A DNA stretch of 64,000 nucleotides from Lacunisphaera sp. (GCA_035545835.1 DASZXO010000022.1:1092-65091); one strand, 5' to 3'; counted from the first letter of the stretch, positions 16,562 to 26,230 are shown. The notes: generated by a model from the sequence alone, not told the origin. Translations and numbers: made by a program.

Positions 16562-18127
16562 ATGTCCAATTGGGAATACAAGCTCGTCAGCAGCGGCAAG
16601 GGTGGGTTCGCGTCCCCGGCGCTGATGGAGAAGTTTTTGAACGACCTCGGGCAGGACAACTGGGAGATCATCAGCTTCCACCAGCCGCCCGACAATCCGC
16701 TGGCCTTCCACGGGCTGGCCCGCCGGTCCACGCAGAAGGACTGGACACTGGAGGACGCGGCTCGCGCGGCGGCCCGCGTCGAGGCCGACAAATTGCGCGC
16801 CGAGTTCGAGGCCAAGTTCCGCGCCGGCACGGGCCAGCCGGAGGCGGCCGCCGAGGAGGAGGGGGAGACCTTCCTGGCCGAGGAAAAGGCGGCGAGCGCC
16901 GGCGACCTGCGCCGGCCGCGCGACACCTCGCGCGACGACGACCCCGACGCCGCCGAGGAGGAAAACGGCTCCTCCCGCGACGAATGGGAACAGCTCGCCG
17001 AGGAGGACGAGCTGCCGGTGTTCTTCGATGCCATCCGCCCGCACATGCGGCGCAACCAGCGCGGCCCGGGCATGAGCGTCGGCCTCGATTACCTGGCCAA
17101 GAAATGGCGGCTGGAGGAGGCGGACCTCAAGACCGCGCTCGTCGAATGCGGCTTCCAGATCCCGGCCGACGAGAACGCCCAGCCGGTCTACATCGAATAC
17201 GAGGGCGAGCTCTATTGGGTGAACATCAACCGCCGCGGCGAAATCTGGATCAACCTGCGCGACAAGCCCGAGCCGGTCTTCCGCGTCGCCCAGGGCAGGC
17301 GCGTCGAGAGCGTGGACGAACCGGCCGTGACGAGCGCCGCGCCCGCGCCGGCCGGGGAGCGCGCGCCGCGGCCACCGGCCGCCGCCACCCAGGCGCCCGC
17401 GTCCGGCCAGCCCGCGGCCTCCAAGACCTTCCTGGGCAAATTGCGCGGCATGATGCGGCGCAACCGGCGCGGCCACGGCTGGTCGGGCAGCTTCCCGTTC
17501 CTCACCAAGGCGCTGAAGCTCGACGAGGCGCAGCTGTTGGAAAAGCTGGCCGAGTCTGGCGTGCGGCTGCCGACTGAGGCCGAGCCGCAGCCACCGCCCG
17601 CGGCGGATGGCGACGTGGTTTTCTGGCTCAACAAGAACCAGCGCGGCGAGATCTGGATCAACGCCCGCGTCGAGCGCGACCGCGACCAGGGCGGCGCCGG
17701 CCCGGCCGAAGCGGGGGCGGAAGGCCAGGCGGCGCCAGGCGGGGAAACGGCGGGGAGTGCAGCGCCCGGTGAGCCGGTGCCGCCGGCCGCCGCCGAAGGC
17801 GCACCCGGGCCGGCCCACACGCTGCCCGCCCTGCGGCTGCTGATGCAGCCGAAGAAACGCGGCGACGGGGTCACCGCGCAGGTGAAGGACCTGGCGGAGC
17901 AGCTCGGGCGCAAGGACGAGGAATTGCTCGCCGCGCTCGCCGGCGTCGGCCTCACCGTGCCCGAGTCGCCGAAGGCCAAGCCGGCGTTTGCCGAGCACGG
18001 CGACGAGATCTTCTGGCTCAACGTCAACGCCCGCGGCCAGGTGTGGCTCAATGCCAAGTCAAAGGCGGCCACGCGGAAGACGCGCGCGAAGAAAGGAAAG
18101 GCGGACGAGGAACCGGCGGAGGAATGA
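16562..18127 (+). CDS. DUF4177-like N-terminal domain plus three copies of an uncharacterised ~85-aa domain
   Basis: WEYKLV...FLNDLGQDNWEII N-terminus; three repeats each ending W[VL]NxNxRG[EQ][IV]W[IL]N. Start ATG 16562. Confidence 0.8.
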   Translation: MSNWEYKLVSSGKGGFASPALMEKFLNDLGQDNWEIISFHQPPDNPLAFHGLARRSTQKDWTLEDAARAAARVEADKLRAEFEAKFRAGTGQPEAAAEEEGETFLAEEKAASAGDLRRPRDTSRDDDPDAAEEENGSSRDEWEQLAEEDELPVFFDAIRPHMRRNQRGPGMSVGLDYLAKKWRLEEADLKTALVECGFQIPADENAQPVYIEYEGELYWVNINRRGEIWINLRDKPEPVFRVAQGRRVESVDEPAVTSAAPAPAGERAPRPPAAATQAPASGQPAASKTFLGKLRGMMRRNRRGHGWSGSFPFLTKALKLDEAQLLEKLAESGVRLPTEAEPQPPPAADGDVVFWLNKNQRGEIWINARVERDRDQGGAGPAEAGAEGQAAPGGETAGSAAPGEPVPPAAAEGAPGPAHTLPALRLLMQPKKRGDGVTAQVKDLAEQLGRKDEELLAALAGVGLTVPESPKAKPAFAEHGDEIFWLNVNARGQVWLNAKSKAATRKTRAKKGKADEEPAEE

Positions 18128-18161
18128 GACGGAACCTTGCCCCCGGGGCGATGTTCGCGGC

Positions 18162-19757
18162 CTACGGCCCGGCTTCGTAGGGCGACATCGTCTCCTGGTG
18201 GAATTTCGTCAGCGCCGCGAGCTGGTCGGCGACGAGGCGGTCGGCGCGGCAGAGCGGCAGCTTCCCGGCGCCGCCTTCCTGGCGCCGGGCCTGGGCCCAT
18301 TGGTCGAACACGCCGGGGATCACGAGCCGGATCGACGGCTGGTCGAGGCTGTGGGCGGAGCGCCGCGCGGCATAGTCGGGATTGCGCCGCGCCAGCTCGG
18401 CATCGAACGCGGGGCCGAGCACGTTCGCTGTCGGCGTCCGGGTGGTGTGCGTCCGGAGTTCCAGCCACCATTCGTGGCAATTGAGGCTGCGGCCCGCGGC
18501 CACGCGCCGGGAGTACGGCGCCACGTGCAGGCCGACCGGCTGCCAGCCGTTGTGCGCGCACACGGCCAGCAGCGTGTCGAGCAACTCGCGCTCGGTGACA
18601 CGCTCGCCGGCGGCATTGAGCTGCAGCTGGGTGCGGCCGACGAACTGGAGGCGCGGCGGCTTGAGGGAGTGGAAGCGCACGATGTCGCCGGGCACATGGC
18701 GGCACAGTCCCGCGGGGGTCGTGAGGACGAGCACATAGTCCACGTTCAGCTGCACCTCGGACAGCGGCACGCAATCGGTGCCCGCGTGGGCCAGCGTGTC
18801 GGCATGGAAGAGGCGCAGCGGCAGGAATTCGAAGAACAGCCCGGCCCCGGCCAGCAGGCGGAGGCCCGCGGCGCCGTGGTCATCCTGCGCGGCGATGACG
18901 CCCTCGGCGGCGGCGTAGATCTCCTGGAACCCCACCGTCGGGCCCAGCGTGGCGCGGAGCGTGTCGGCGAACAGGCCGAGCGGCGCGCCGGTGAAGAGAA
19001 AGCACTCGAGGTTGGGCCACACCGCCTGGAGGTGCGCGGCCCGCTCGGGACCGGCCGCCGCGCACACGGCCTCGGCCAGCGCGCAGACCTCCGCCGGCGT
19101 CCCGCCGACGAGCGTGACGTCGCGCGGAAGCATGGTGCCGGCGATTTGCCGCAGTTTTTCCGGGCCGGCCGGCAGCCGGGCGACCGCCGCCGGCGGCGCG
19201 TAGAGGTTGGCCTCGGCCCACGGCGAGAGGCAGAGCGCGAACATGCCATCGAGCGACGTGCGGTACGCGCCGTGGTCCTCGGTGAGCGCCGTGCTGGCGC
19301 CCGCGTGCAGGTGGCGGCCGAGAAACACGCCGGTGTGGCCCACGCGCGCCGCGTGGAGGAACAGGGCGGCGCACAGGCCGCGGCGGTAGTGCGCCAGCAT
19401 GGCGTCGGTCACCGGCAGGAGCTTGGGCGCCGCGCCGGTCGTGCCCGCGGTCTCGACGAAGAAAGGGCAGCGGCCGGGCGCGAGGACGTTCGCCTCGCCC
19501 GCGGCCATCCGGGCGACGAGCGGGGCGAAGTAATCGTGGAGGCGCGGCGGCACGCGTTCGCGGAACCGGGCGTATGGCGTGTCCGCGGCCAGGCTGTGCC
19601 CCCGCCCGAATTCGGTCGGCGCGATCCGCGCCAGCAGGCGCGCGAACGCCGCGGCCTGCGCCTTTGCATCGTGCTCCTTGTCCCCCAGCCGCCGGCTGAA
19701 CCGCGCCACGCGCCAGCCGGCCCAGAAATTCACGAGAAACCTCGGGGCGAGGGTCAT
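18162..19757 (-). CDS. GH3 acyl-adenylate/amido-synthetase family protein (divergent)
   Basis: TEFGRGH, FRERVP, ETAGTTGAAPKLLPVT, YAAAEG, FFEFLP, YVLVLTTPAGL and GDIVRF. Start ATG 19757. Confidence 0.85.
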   Translation of the reverse strand: MTLAPRFLVNFWAGWRVARFSRRLGDKEHDAKAQAAAFARLLARIAPTEFGRGHSLAADTPYARFRERVPPRLHDYFAPLVARMAAGEANVLAPGRCPFFVETAGTTGAAPKLLPVTDAMLAHYRRGLCAALFLHAARVGHTGVFLGRHLHAGASTALTEDHGAYRTSLDGMFALCLSPWAEANLYAPPAAVARLPAGPEKLRQIAGTMLPRDVTLVGGTPAEVCALAEAVCAAAGPERAAHLQAVWPNLECFLFTGAPLGLFADTLRATLGPTVGFQEIYAAAEGVIAAQDDHGAAGLRLLAGAGLFFEFLPLRLFHADTLAHAGTDCVPLSEVQLNVDYVLVLTTPAGLCRHVPGDIVRFHSLKPPRLQFVGRTQLQLNAAGERVTERELLDTLLAVCAHNGWQPVGLHVAPYSRRVAAGRSLNCHEWWLELRTHTTRTPTANVLGPAFDAELARRNPDYAARRSAHSLDQPSIRLVIPGVFDQWAQARRQEGGAGKLPLCRADRLVADQLAALTKFHQETMSPYEAGP

Positions 19758-19883
19758 GCGCGACGGTAAGACAGGCGGCCAGCCGAACGCTACAGGGATT
19801 TTCCCCGGCGGCGGGAAAAAACGGTAAAGCCCGGGCCATTCGCAGTTGCCGCAACCGGCCCGTCCGGCAGTGTGGGCGGGAAC

Positions 19884-20606
19884 ATGCCCCTGCCGCCCGT
19901 GCTGTACGCCGACGACGAGCTGGTCGCCCTCGACCAGCCGGGCGCGGCCCCCGGCGAAACCGCCGGCATCGGCGCGGCGGTGCGCCGGGAGTTCGGCCCG
20001 GACACGGTGGTGGCCAGCCGGCCGGACCCGGAGGCGAGCGGGGTGGTGCTTTACGCCCGCACGCGCGGGGCGCGCGATTTTCTTTCCGGCCAGTTCCAGG
20101 CGCGGACCGTGCGGCCGCGGCAGCTGGCGCTGGTGACCGGCCTGCCCGCGATGGACGCGTTCATCGCGGAATACGTGCTGAAGGACGACGAGGCCCGACC
20201 CGGGCGGCTGTGCGTGGTCAGGAAGCACGGGCAGCCGGCGCGCACGGAGTTTGCCGTGCTGGAGAGATTCCCGGCGCCGGCCGGCCGGCCCGCCTTCGCC
20301 TGCGTCGAGGCCCGGCCCGATTCCGGCCGGCCGCACCAGGTCCGCGTGCACCTGGCGACGACGGGCACGCCGGTGCTGAACGACGCGGCCTATGGCAACG
20401 ACACCCGGCTGCTGCTCTCGGGCCTCAAGCGCGGGTACAAGGGGCGCGCCGACGAGCGGCCGCTCATCGCCCGCCTGGCGCTCCACACCGCGGCGCTCAC
20501 CTTCCGGCACCCGCGCACCCGCGAGCTCCAGACCGTCGAGGCGCCGCTGCCGCACGATTTCGCCGTCGCGCTCAAGTACCTGCGCAGATTCGTGTCGCCC
20601 GGTTGA
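19884..20606 (+). CDS. RluA-family pseudouridine synthase-like protein with degenerate motifs
   Basis: SRPDPEASG (canonical HRLDxxTSG), SGRPHQVRVH, NDAAYG and LALHTAALTFRHP. Confidence 0.8.
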   Translation: MPLPPVLYADDELVALDQPGAAPGETAGIGAAVRREFGPDTVVASRPDPEASGVVLYARTRGARDFLSGQFQARTVRPRQLALVTGLPAMDAFIAEYVLKDDEARPGRLCVVRKHGQPARTEFAVLERFPAPAGRPAFACVEARPDSGRPHQVRVHLATTGTPVLNDAAYGNDTRLLLSGLKRGYKGRADERPLIARLALHTAALTFRHPRTRELQTVEAPLPHDFAVALKYLRRFVSPG

Positions 20607-20675
20607 GCGCGGGCCCAGACCTTGGCTTTACTTCGCGACGGGAGGCCGGTTGTCTTGCGCCAATCAAACGACCCC

Positions 20676-22676
20676 ATGAGTGAAAAACCTCCGGTGACCC
20701 ACACCGTTGATGCCGACGGCGTCGGCTGGATCAGCTTCGACGACCCGGCCAGCCGGGCCAACATCTTCAACCCGGCGACGCAGGCCGCCCTGGGCGGCGT
20801 GGTGACCGCGCTGGCCGCGCAACCGTTGAAGGCGGTCGTGGTCGTGAGCGCGAAGGAACGCATCTTCATCGCCGGGGCGGACCTGAAATGGCTGGCGCAG
20901 CTGCCCGATCCGGCGGCGGCCAAGCAGGCCGCGCGCGCCGGCCAGGAACTGTTCGCGCGGCTCGGCGCCCTCAAGGTGCCGGTGGTGTGCGCCATCCACG
21001 GCGCCTGCGCCGGCGGCGGCTACGAGCTGGCGCTGGCTTGCCACTGGCGCATCGCGAGCGACGCGAAGGAGACGGTCATCGGCCTGCCCGAGGTCGGCCT
21101 GGGCCTGATCCCCGGCTGGGGCGGCTGCGTGCGGCTGCCGCGGCTCGTCGGCGCGCCGGCGGCCGTGGCCCACATCCTGAAGGCCGCGCTGGTGCCCGCG
21201 ACCGAGGCCCTCGCCGCGGGGCTGGTCGACGAACTTGCGCCCGCCGCCGAGCTGAAGGCCCGTGCCCGGGCCGCCGCGCTCCGTCTCGCCGCCGAGGGCC
21301 CGCCGCGCCGGGCGGAGCCGCCGGCCGCGCCCGCGGACTTCTTCCCCGCGCAACGCAAGGCCGTGCTCACCCGCCAGCGCCACCAGCCCGCGCCGCTGGC
21401 CGTGCTCGACGCCGTCGAGCAGACCGCCGGCCTGCCGCTGGCGCCCGCCCTTGACCTCGAGGCGGCGCTGTTCGGCCGCATCGCCACCGGCGAGATCGCG
21501 CGCAACCTGCTGCACGTGCACTTTCTCAAGGACGCGGCGAAGAAGGCCACGCTCGACCCCTGGTTTCCCGGCACGCCCGCCGCGCCGAAGCTGGCGCCGT
21601 TTCGCACCGTCGGCATCGTCGGCGCCGGCGTGATGGGCTCGGGCATCGCGCACTGGTGCGCACTGCACGGGCTCGGGGTCATCCTGTGCGACGAGAAGCG
21701 CGAGGCGCTCGAGCACGGCGTCGAGGTGATCCGCGGGCTGTTCCGCGACGCGGTGAAGCGCGGGAAGCTCACGCACGAGGCCGCGCACAAGATGACCGGC
21801 GGCATCGGCATCACGACCAGCCTCGAGGATTTCGAGATCTGCGACCTGATCATCGAGGCCGTGGTCGAGAACGTGGAGGTAAAGCGCCAGGTGTTCGCCG
21901 CGCTGAGCAAGGTCGCGGCCCCGGACTGCGTGCTGGCCTCGAACACCTCGGCGCTGCCGATCGAGGAGCTGGCGTCCACGGCGACGAACCCCGGCCGCGT
22001 CGTCGGCCTGCATTTCTTCAACCCGGTCGGGCGCATGCCGCTGGTCGAGCTGGTCCTGAGCCCGCACACCGCGCGCGAGACGGCCGACCGCGCGCTCGCG
22101 TTCGTGCGGGCGCTGGGCAAGACGGCGGTCGTCTGCCGGTCCGCGCCGGGCTTCCTCGTCACGCGCGTGCTGTTCTTCTACCTGAACGAGGCCTGCCGGC
22201 TCTGGGAGGAGGGCGTGCCGGCGGCGGCGATCGACGGCGCGATGCGCGACTGGGGCTGGCCCATGGGCCCGCTGCGGCTCATCGACGAGGTCGGCCTCGA
22301 CGTGTCGGATTTCATCTACGGCGAGATGCAGCACTATTACCCGGACCGCTTCACGCCGACCGCGGTGTGCGGCCGGCTCCTCGGGGCGGGCCAGCGCGGG
22401 CGCAAGAACGGCGCGAGCGCGGGCTTCTACACCTATGCGGACGGGCGCGAGGAGCCGAACCCCGCGTTGGAGCCGTTCACGCCCATTCCCCCGATGCAGC
22501 TGGAAGCGGCGGCGATCCAGGAGCGGCTCAACGGCGTCATGATCGCCGAGACCCGGCGCGTGCTGGCCGAGGGCGTGCTGCAGTCGGCCGACGAGGCCGA
22601 CCTGGCGCTGCTGCTCGGCGCGGGCTTTCCCGCCTGGCGCGGCGGCCTGCTGCACCTGGCCGGCGCGAAAGCATGA
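20676..22676 (+). CDS. fadJ: Fatty acid oxidation multifunctional enzyme (enoyl-CoA hydratase / 3-hydroxyacyl-CoA dehydrogenase), FadJ-like
   Basis: GGGYELAL and LPEVGLGLIPGWGG hydratase motifs; GAGVMG, SNTSALPI, GLHFFNPV and PMGP dehydrogenase motifs. Start ATG 20676. Confidence 0.9.
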   Translation: MSEKPPVTHTVDADGVGWISFDDPASRANIFNPATQAALGGVVTALAAQPLKAVVVVSAKERIFIAGADLKWLAQLPDPAAAKQAARAGQELFARLGALKVPVVCAIHGACAGGGYELALACHWRIASDAKETVIGLPEVGLGLIPGWGGCVRLPRLVGAPAAVAHILKAALVPATEALAAGLVDELAPAAELKARARAAALRLAAEGPPRRAEPPAAPADFFPAQRKAVLTRQRHQPAPLAVLDAVEQTAGLPLAPALDLEAALFGRIATGEIARNLLHVHFLKDAAKKATLDPWFPGTPAAPKLAPFRTVGIVGAGVMGSGIAHWCALHGLGVILCDEKREALEHGVEVIRGLFRDAVKRGKLTHEAAHKMTGGIGITTSLEDFEICDLIIEAVVENVEVKRQVFAALSKVAAPDCVLASNTSALPIEELASTATNPGRVVGLHFFNPVGRMPLVELVLSPHTARETADRALAFVRALGKTAVVCRSAPGFLVTRVLFFYLNEACRLWEEGVPAAAIDGAMRDWGWPMGPLRLIDEVGLDVSDFIYGEMQHYYPDRFTPTAVCGRLLGAGQRGRKNGASAGFYTYADGREEPNPALEPFTPIPPMQLEAAAIQERLNGVMIAETRRVLAEGVLQSADEADLALLLGAGFPAWRGGLLHLAGAKA

Positions 22677-22822
22677 AGATTTACGCCGGCGGACGCGCGC
22701 CGCGGAAGCCGTTGCCGGACTAGGCCAAACGAGTGAATCCTCCCGCGGCGGTCGCGGCCGGCTGGCGAAATGCATTGCCGTGGGACACGGTTTTGGGACG
22801 TAATCGCGCCGAGTTCCACGCC

Positions 22823-25800
22823 ATGGCCACCGCCACGACCCTGAACAAAGAACAGAAGCGGCACCTGCTGCTGACGATGCTGGAGAGCCGCCTCGGCGAC
22901 CTGCGCGAGGAGAGCCTGAACCGCCAGGGCAAGGGTCACTTTCACGTCTCGGGCCGCGGGCACGAGGCGTTGTGCGCCCTCGGCGCGCAGCTGCGCGACA
23001 GCGATTACCTGGTGCCGTATTATCGCGACCGCGGGCTGTGCCTGGGGCGCGGCCTGACGACCAAGTACCTCGCCCTGGAATATTTCTCGAAGCGCGACTC
23101 GGCCTCGCGCGGCCGGATGATGCCCTCGCACTACTGTTCGCGGGAGCACAACATCGTGAGCGTGCCGACGCCGACCGGGTCGCAGCTCCTGCCGGCGTGC
23201 GGCATCGCCTGGGGCCTGCAGCTCGACCAGAAGGATGGCGTCGTCGTCACCTGCATCGGCGACGCGGCCACCCGCCAGGGCGACTTCTACGAGGCGCTGG
23301 CCTTTGCCCAGGAAAGGAAGCTGCCGCTGCTCGTGGTCGTCGAGGACAACGCCTACGGCATCTCGACGCCGACGCGGAAGACCAACCCGCTGGCGCTGGC
23401 CGTGCTCAACCAGGCGCAGTGGGTCGAGGTTGACGGCGCCAACGCCGAGGCCGTGCACGCCGCGTCGCGCCAGGCGCTCGCGGAGCTGCGCGAGGGCCGC
23501 GGCCCGGTGTTCCTGTGGGTGCGGGTCGAACGGCTGTCGAGCCACACGAGTTCGGACGACCACAGCCTGTACCGTTCGAAGGAGGACCTGGCGGCGCTCG
23601 AGCAGGCCGACCCGATTCGCAACCTGAAGCTGCGGATGATCCAGGACGGCGAGCTGACCGAGGCGGAGTTCGCCGCCCTCGAGGCGGAGCTCAAGGAAAA
23701 GGTGCGCCGGGACTACGCCGCCGCCGAACAGGCCGAGAACCCGCGCGCCGACGAGCTGATGCTCGAGACGCTCGCACCCTCGCCGGAGCTGAACGAGGAA
23801 CTCTTTCCCGCCGGCAAGTACCGGATGGGCGACCTGATCAACCGCACGCTGCGCGCCGGGCTCGATGCCGACCCGGGCCGCATCATCTTCGGCGAGGACG
23901 TCGAGGACCCGAAGGGCGGGGTGTTCCGGCTGACCCAGAAGCTCACGACGGATTTTCCCGGCCAGGTGTTCAATTCCCCGCTGGCGGAGTCGACCATCGT
24001 CGGCCTCGCGGGCGGGCTGGCGCTGTACGGCCGCCGGCCGGTCTTCGAGATCCAGTTCATCGATTTCATCTTTCCCGGCTTCAACCAGCTCGTCTCCAAC
24101 CTCGCCAACCTCCGCTGGCGCACGAACGGCGAGTGGAAGGTACCCGCGGTCATCTACGCCCCGTATGGCGCGTACCTGCCCGGCGGCGGGCTGTGGCACT
24201 CGCAGGCCAACGAGGCGGCGTTTGCGCACTTTCCGGGCATCAATGTCGTCGTGCCGAGCACGCCCGAGGACGCCGCCGGCCTGCTCTGGACGGCGATGCA
24301 CGCGGAGGACCTCGTGCTTTTCCTCCTGCCCAAGCACATGCTGTGGGCGGAGCGCGCGGTGGCGGAGCCGGTGATGTCGGTGCCGCTCGGCGTCGCGCGC
24401 CGCTGCCTCGAGGGCACCGACCTCACGCTCGTCGCCTGGGGCAACACGATGGAGAAGGCGTACGAGGCCATCGCCCAGCTGAAGGGCGAGGTCGGCGTCG
24501 ACCTGATCGACCTGCGCTCGATCGTGCCCTGGGACAAGGCGCTGGTTGAGGAGTCCGTCCGCCAGACCGGCCGGCTGGTCGTCGTGCAGGAGGACACGGA
24601 GAATTGCTCCGTCGGCCAGATGATCATCACGCACGTCATGGGCCAGCCCGACTTGTGGGCGGGGATGAAGGCCCCGCCGGTGCTCGTGTCGAAGGGCAAC
24701 GTGATGATCGGCTACAACCCGATCTACGAATATGCCGCGCTGCCGGACACGCCGCGGATCGTCGACGCCATCTGGCGCACGGTGTCGGTGCACCACGCGC
24801 ATGACGAGTCCATGGCCTCGAGCGTCGCGCCGATGCCGGTCGCGCCGGCCGCGGCGCCCGCCCCGGCCGAGGGCCACGCGCCGCAGAACACCGTGATCGC
24901 CGGGACCAGCGACATCATCGTCCGCGTGCCGATCATGGGCGAGGGCCTGCGCTCGGCGCGCGTGGTCTCGCTCAACAAGAAGCCCGGCGATCCCGTGCAG
25001 CACGACGACGTGCTCTGCGAGGTCGAGACCGACAAGGCGGTTTACCCGATCGAGGCTTCCTTCGCCGGCCAGCTCAAGGAATGGCGCATCCAGCTCGATG
25101 ACACCGTGCTCATCGGCCAGGACATCGCGGTCGTCACCGGCGATGCCGCCAGCGTCGCGGCCCTGCCGGTGGAGGGCGCCGCGCCCGCGGCCACGGTGGC
25201 CAAACCGGCCGCGGTCGCCCCGGCCCGATCGGGCGCCGGGTCCGACCCCGCGAAGGCGGGGACCAACCCCGCCGTGCCGGCAAAGATTTCCAACTCCCCC
25301 GGTCCCATGAAAGGCAACACCCGTCCGCCCGCCCTGCACCCGGCCATCACCAAGCGGCTCGATGCCGTCGTCCCCGCCACCATGCTCATGGATGTCCGCT
25401 GGGAAAACCTGCGGCTGGCCCGGGAGGAGGCGAAGAAGAAATTCGGCCAGAATGCACCGTCGCCCTCGGCGATGATGGCGTGGTGCATCGTGCGGACCCA
25501 GGAGAAGCACGCGGCCTTCCGCTGCGTCGTCAATCGCGAGGGCGCGATCCTGGAGCAGGCCGACTTCGAATGTGGCGTGGCCGTCGCGCTCGACGGCGAC
25601 CGCCTCGCGACGGCCGCAATCCCGGCCGCCAACCGCCTCGGCTGGGCCGATTTCGTCGCGGCCTACCACCGGGCCGTGGAGGAGACCCGCGCCGGCCGCC
25701 TGATCGACGTGCAGGCGCCGATGAACATCACCAGCCTCGGCGCGTTCGGCGTCGAGAGCGCGACGCCGATCGTGGTGCCGCCGGCCATGGCGACGATCTT

Positions 25801-25969
25801 CCTTGGCTCGGCGCACGAGCGCCTGATCAACGACGGCGGCGTGATCCATCCCGCCGAGGTCATCACGCTCTCGCTGACATTTGACCACAAGGTCGTCAAT
25901 GGCGCCGGCGCCGCCTCCTTCATGCGCGACCTGCGCGTGGAGCTGGAGGGCTTCCGGCTGCCCGGGTGA
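22823..25969 (+). CDS. Single-chain 2-oxoacid dehydrogenase: E1alpha + E1beta + lipoyl domain + E2 acyltransferase core (branched-chain type likely)
   Basis: GDAATRQGDFYE...EDNAY TPP motif; RLSSHTSSDD; FGEDV..GGVFR, SPLAES and GLWHSQ; ETDKA lipoyl lysine; TFDHKVVNG E2 catalytic motif; one uninterrupted frame. Start ATG 22823. Confidence 0.92.
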   Translation: MATATTLNKEQKRHLLLTMLESRLGDLREESLNRQGKGHFHVSGRGHEALCALGAQLRDSDYLVPYYRDRGLCLGRGLTTKYLALEYFSKRDSASRGRMMPSHYCSREHNIVSVPTPTGSQLLPACGIAWGLQLDQKDGVVVTCIGDAATRQGDFYEALAFAQERKLPLLVVVEDNAYGISTPTRKTNPLALAVLNQAQWVEVDGANAEAVHAASRQALAELREGRGPVFLWVRVERLSSHTSSDDHSLYRSKEDLAALEQADPIRNLKLRMIQDGELTEAEFAALEAELKEKVRRDYAAAEQAENPRADELMLETLAPSPELNEELFPAGKYRMGDLINRTLRAGLDADPGRIIFGEDVEDPKGGVFRLTQKLTTDFPGQVFNSPLAESTIVGLAGGLALYGRRPVFEIQFIDFIFPGFNQLVSNLANLRWRTNGEWKVPAVIYAPYGAYLPGGGLWHSQANEAAFAHFPGINVVVPSTPEDAAGLLWTAMHAEDLVLFLLPKHMLWAERAVAEPVMSVPLGVARRCLEGTDLTLVAWGNTMEKAYEAIAQLKGEVGVDLIDLRSIVPWDKALVEESVRQTGRLVVVQEDTENCSVGQMIITHVMGQPDLWAGMKAPPVLVSKGNVMIGYNPIYEYAALPDTPRIVDAIWRTVSVHHAHDESMASSVAPMPVAPAAAPAPAEGHAPQNTVIAGTSDIIVRVPIMGEGLRSARVVSLNKKPGDPVQHDDVLCEVETDKAVYPIEASFAGQLKEWRIQLDDTVLIGQDIAVVTGDAASVAALPVEGAAPAATVAKPAAVAPARSGAGSDPAKAGTNPAVPAKISNSPGPMKGNTRPPALHPAITKRLDAVVPATMLMDVRWENLRLAREEAKKKFGQNAPSPSAMMAWCIVRTQEKHAAFRCVVNREGAILEQADFECGVAVALDGDRLATAAIPAANRLGWADFVAAYHRAVEETRAGRLIDVQAPMNITSLGAFGVESATPIVVPPAMATIFLGSAHERLINDGGVIHPAEVITLSLTFDHKVVNGAGAASFMRDLRVELEGFRLPG

Positions 25970-26004
25970 GCCGGGTTGGTGCGGTTGAAGGCGGGACCTG
26001 CCGG

Positions 26005-26078
26005 GTGGAGGCGGGACGCCCGCGTGCCGCGGGTTGCCATTCGTGCTTGCTCCTCGCGGGGTGAGGGCACCCCGCCGC
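26005..26078 (+). repeat. REPIN-like family A copy
   Basis: GTGGAGGCGGGACGCCC...CCTCGCGGGGTGAGGGCACCCCGCC. Confidence 0.85.
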
Positions 26079-26230
26079 CGGCTCCCGACGGCATGGATTA
26101 TTTACGCTGGCACGCGGATCTTGCGAAGAATCCCGCATCGCCCGGCGGCGGCGATACTCAGGCTCGCTTTTGGACCGCGGCTGCGTATGGTCTGCGGCTC
26201 GGGACAGGGCCGGTCCCGAACCCACGCTGC

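Noticed and set aside
14990-20555. Apparent giant fusions 14990..18127, 15191..17998 and 18162..20555
   Set aside because: Each is a real gene plus a stop-free shadow frame over the opposite-strand neighbour. Real starts are 16562, 16450 and 19757.
22433-25888. 1151-aa ORF on the - strand
   Set aside because: Antisense shadow of the fused dehydrogenase; no motifs; typical of high-GC codon bias. The same applies to 2586..4001, 12316..14742, 20664..22775, 56235..58586 and similar ORFs.
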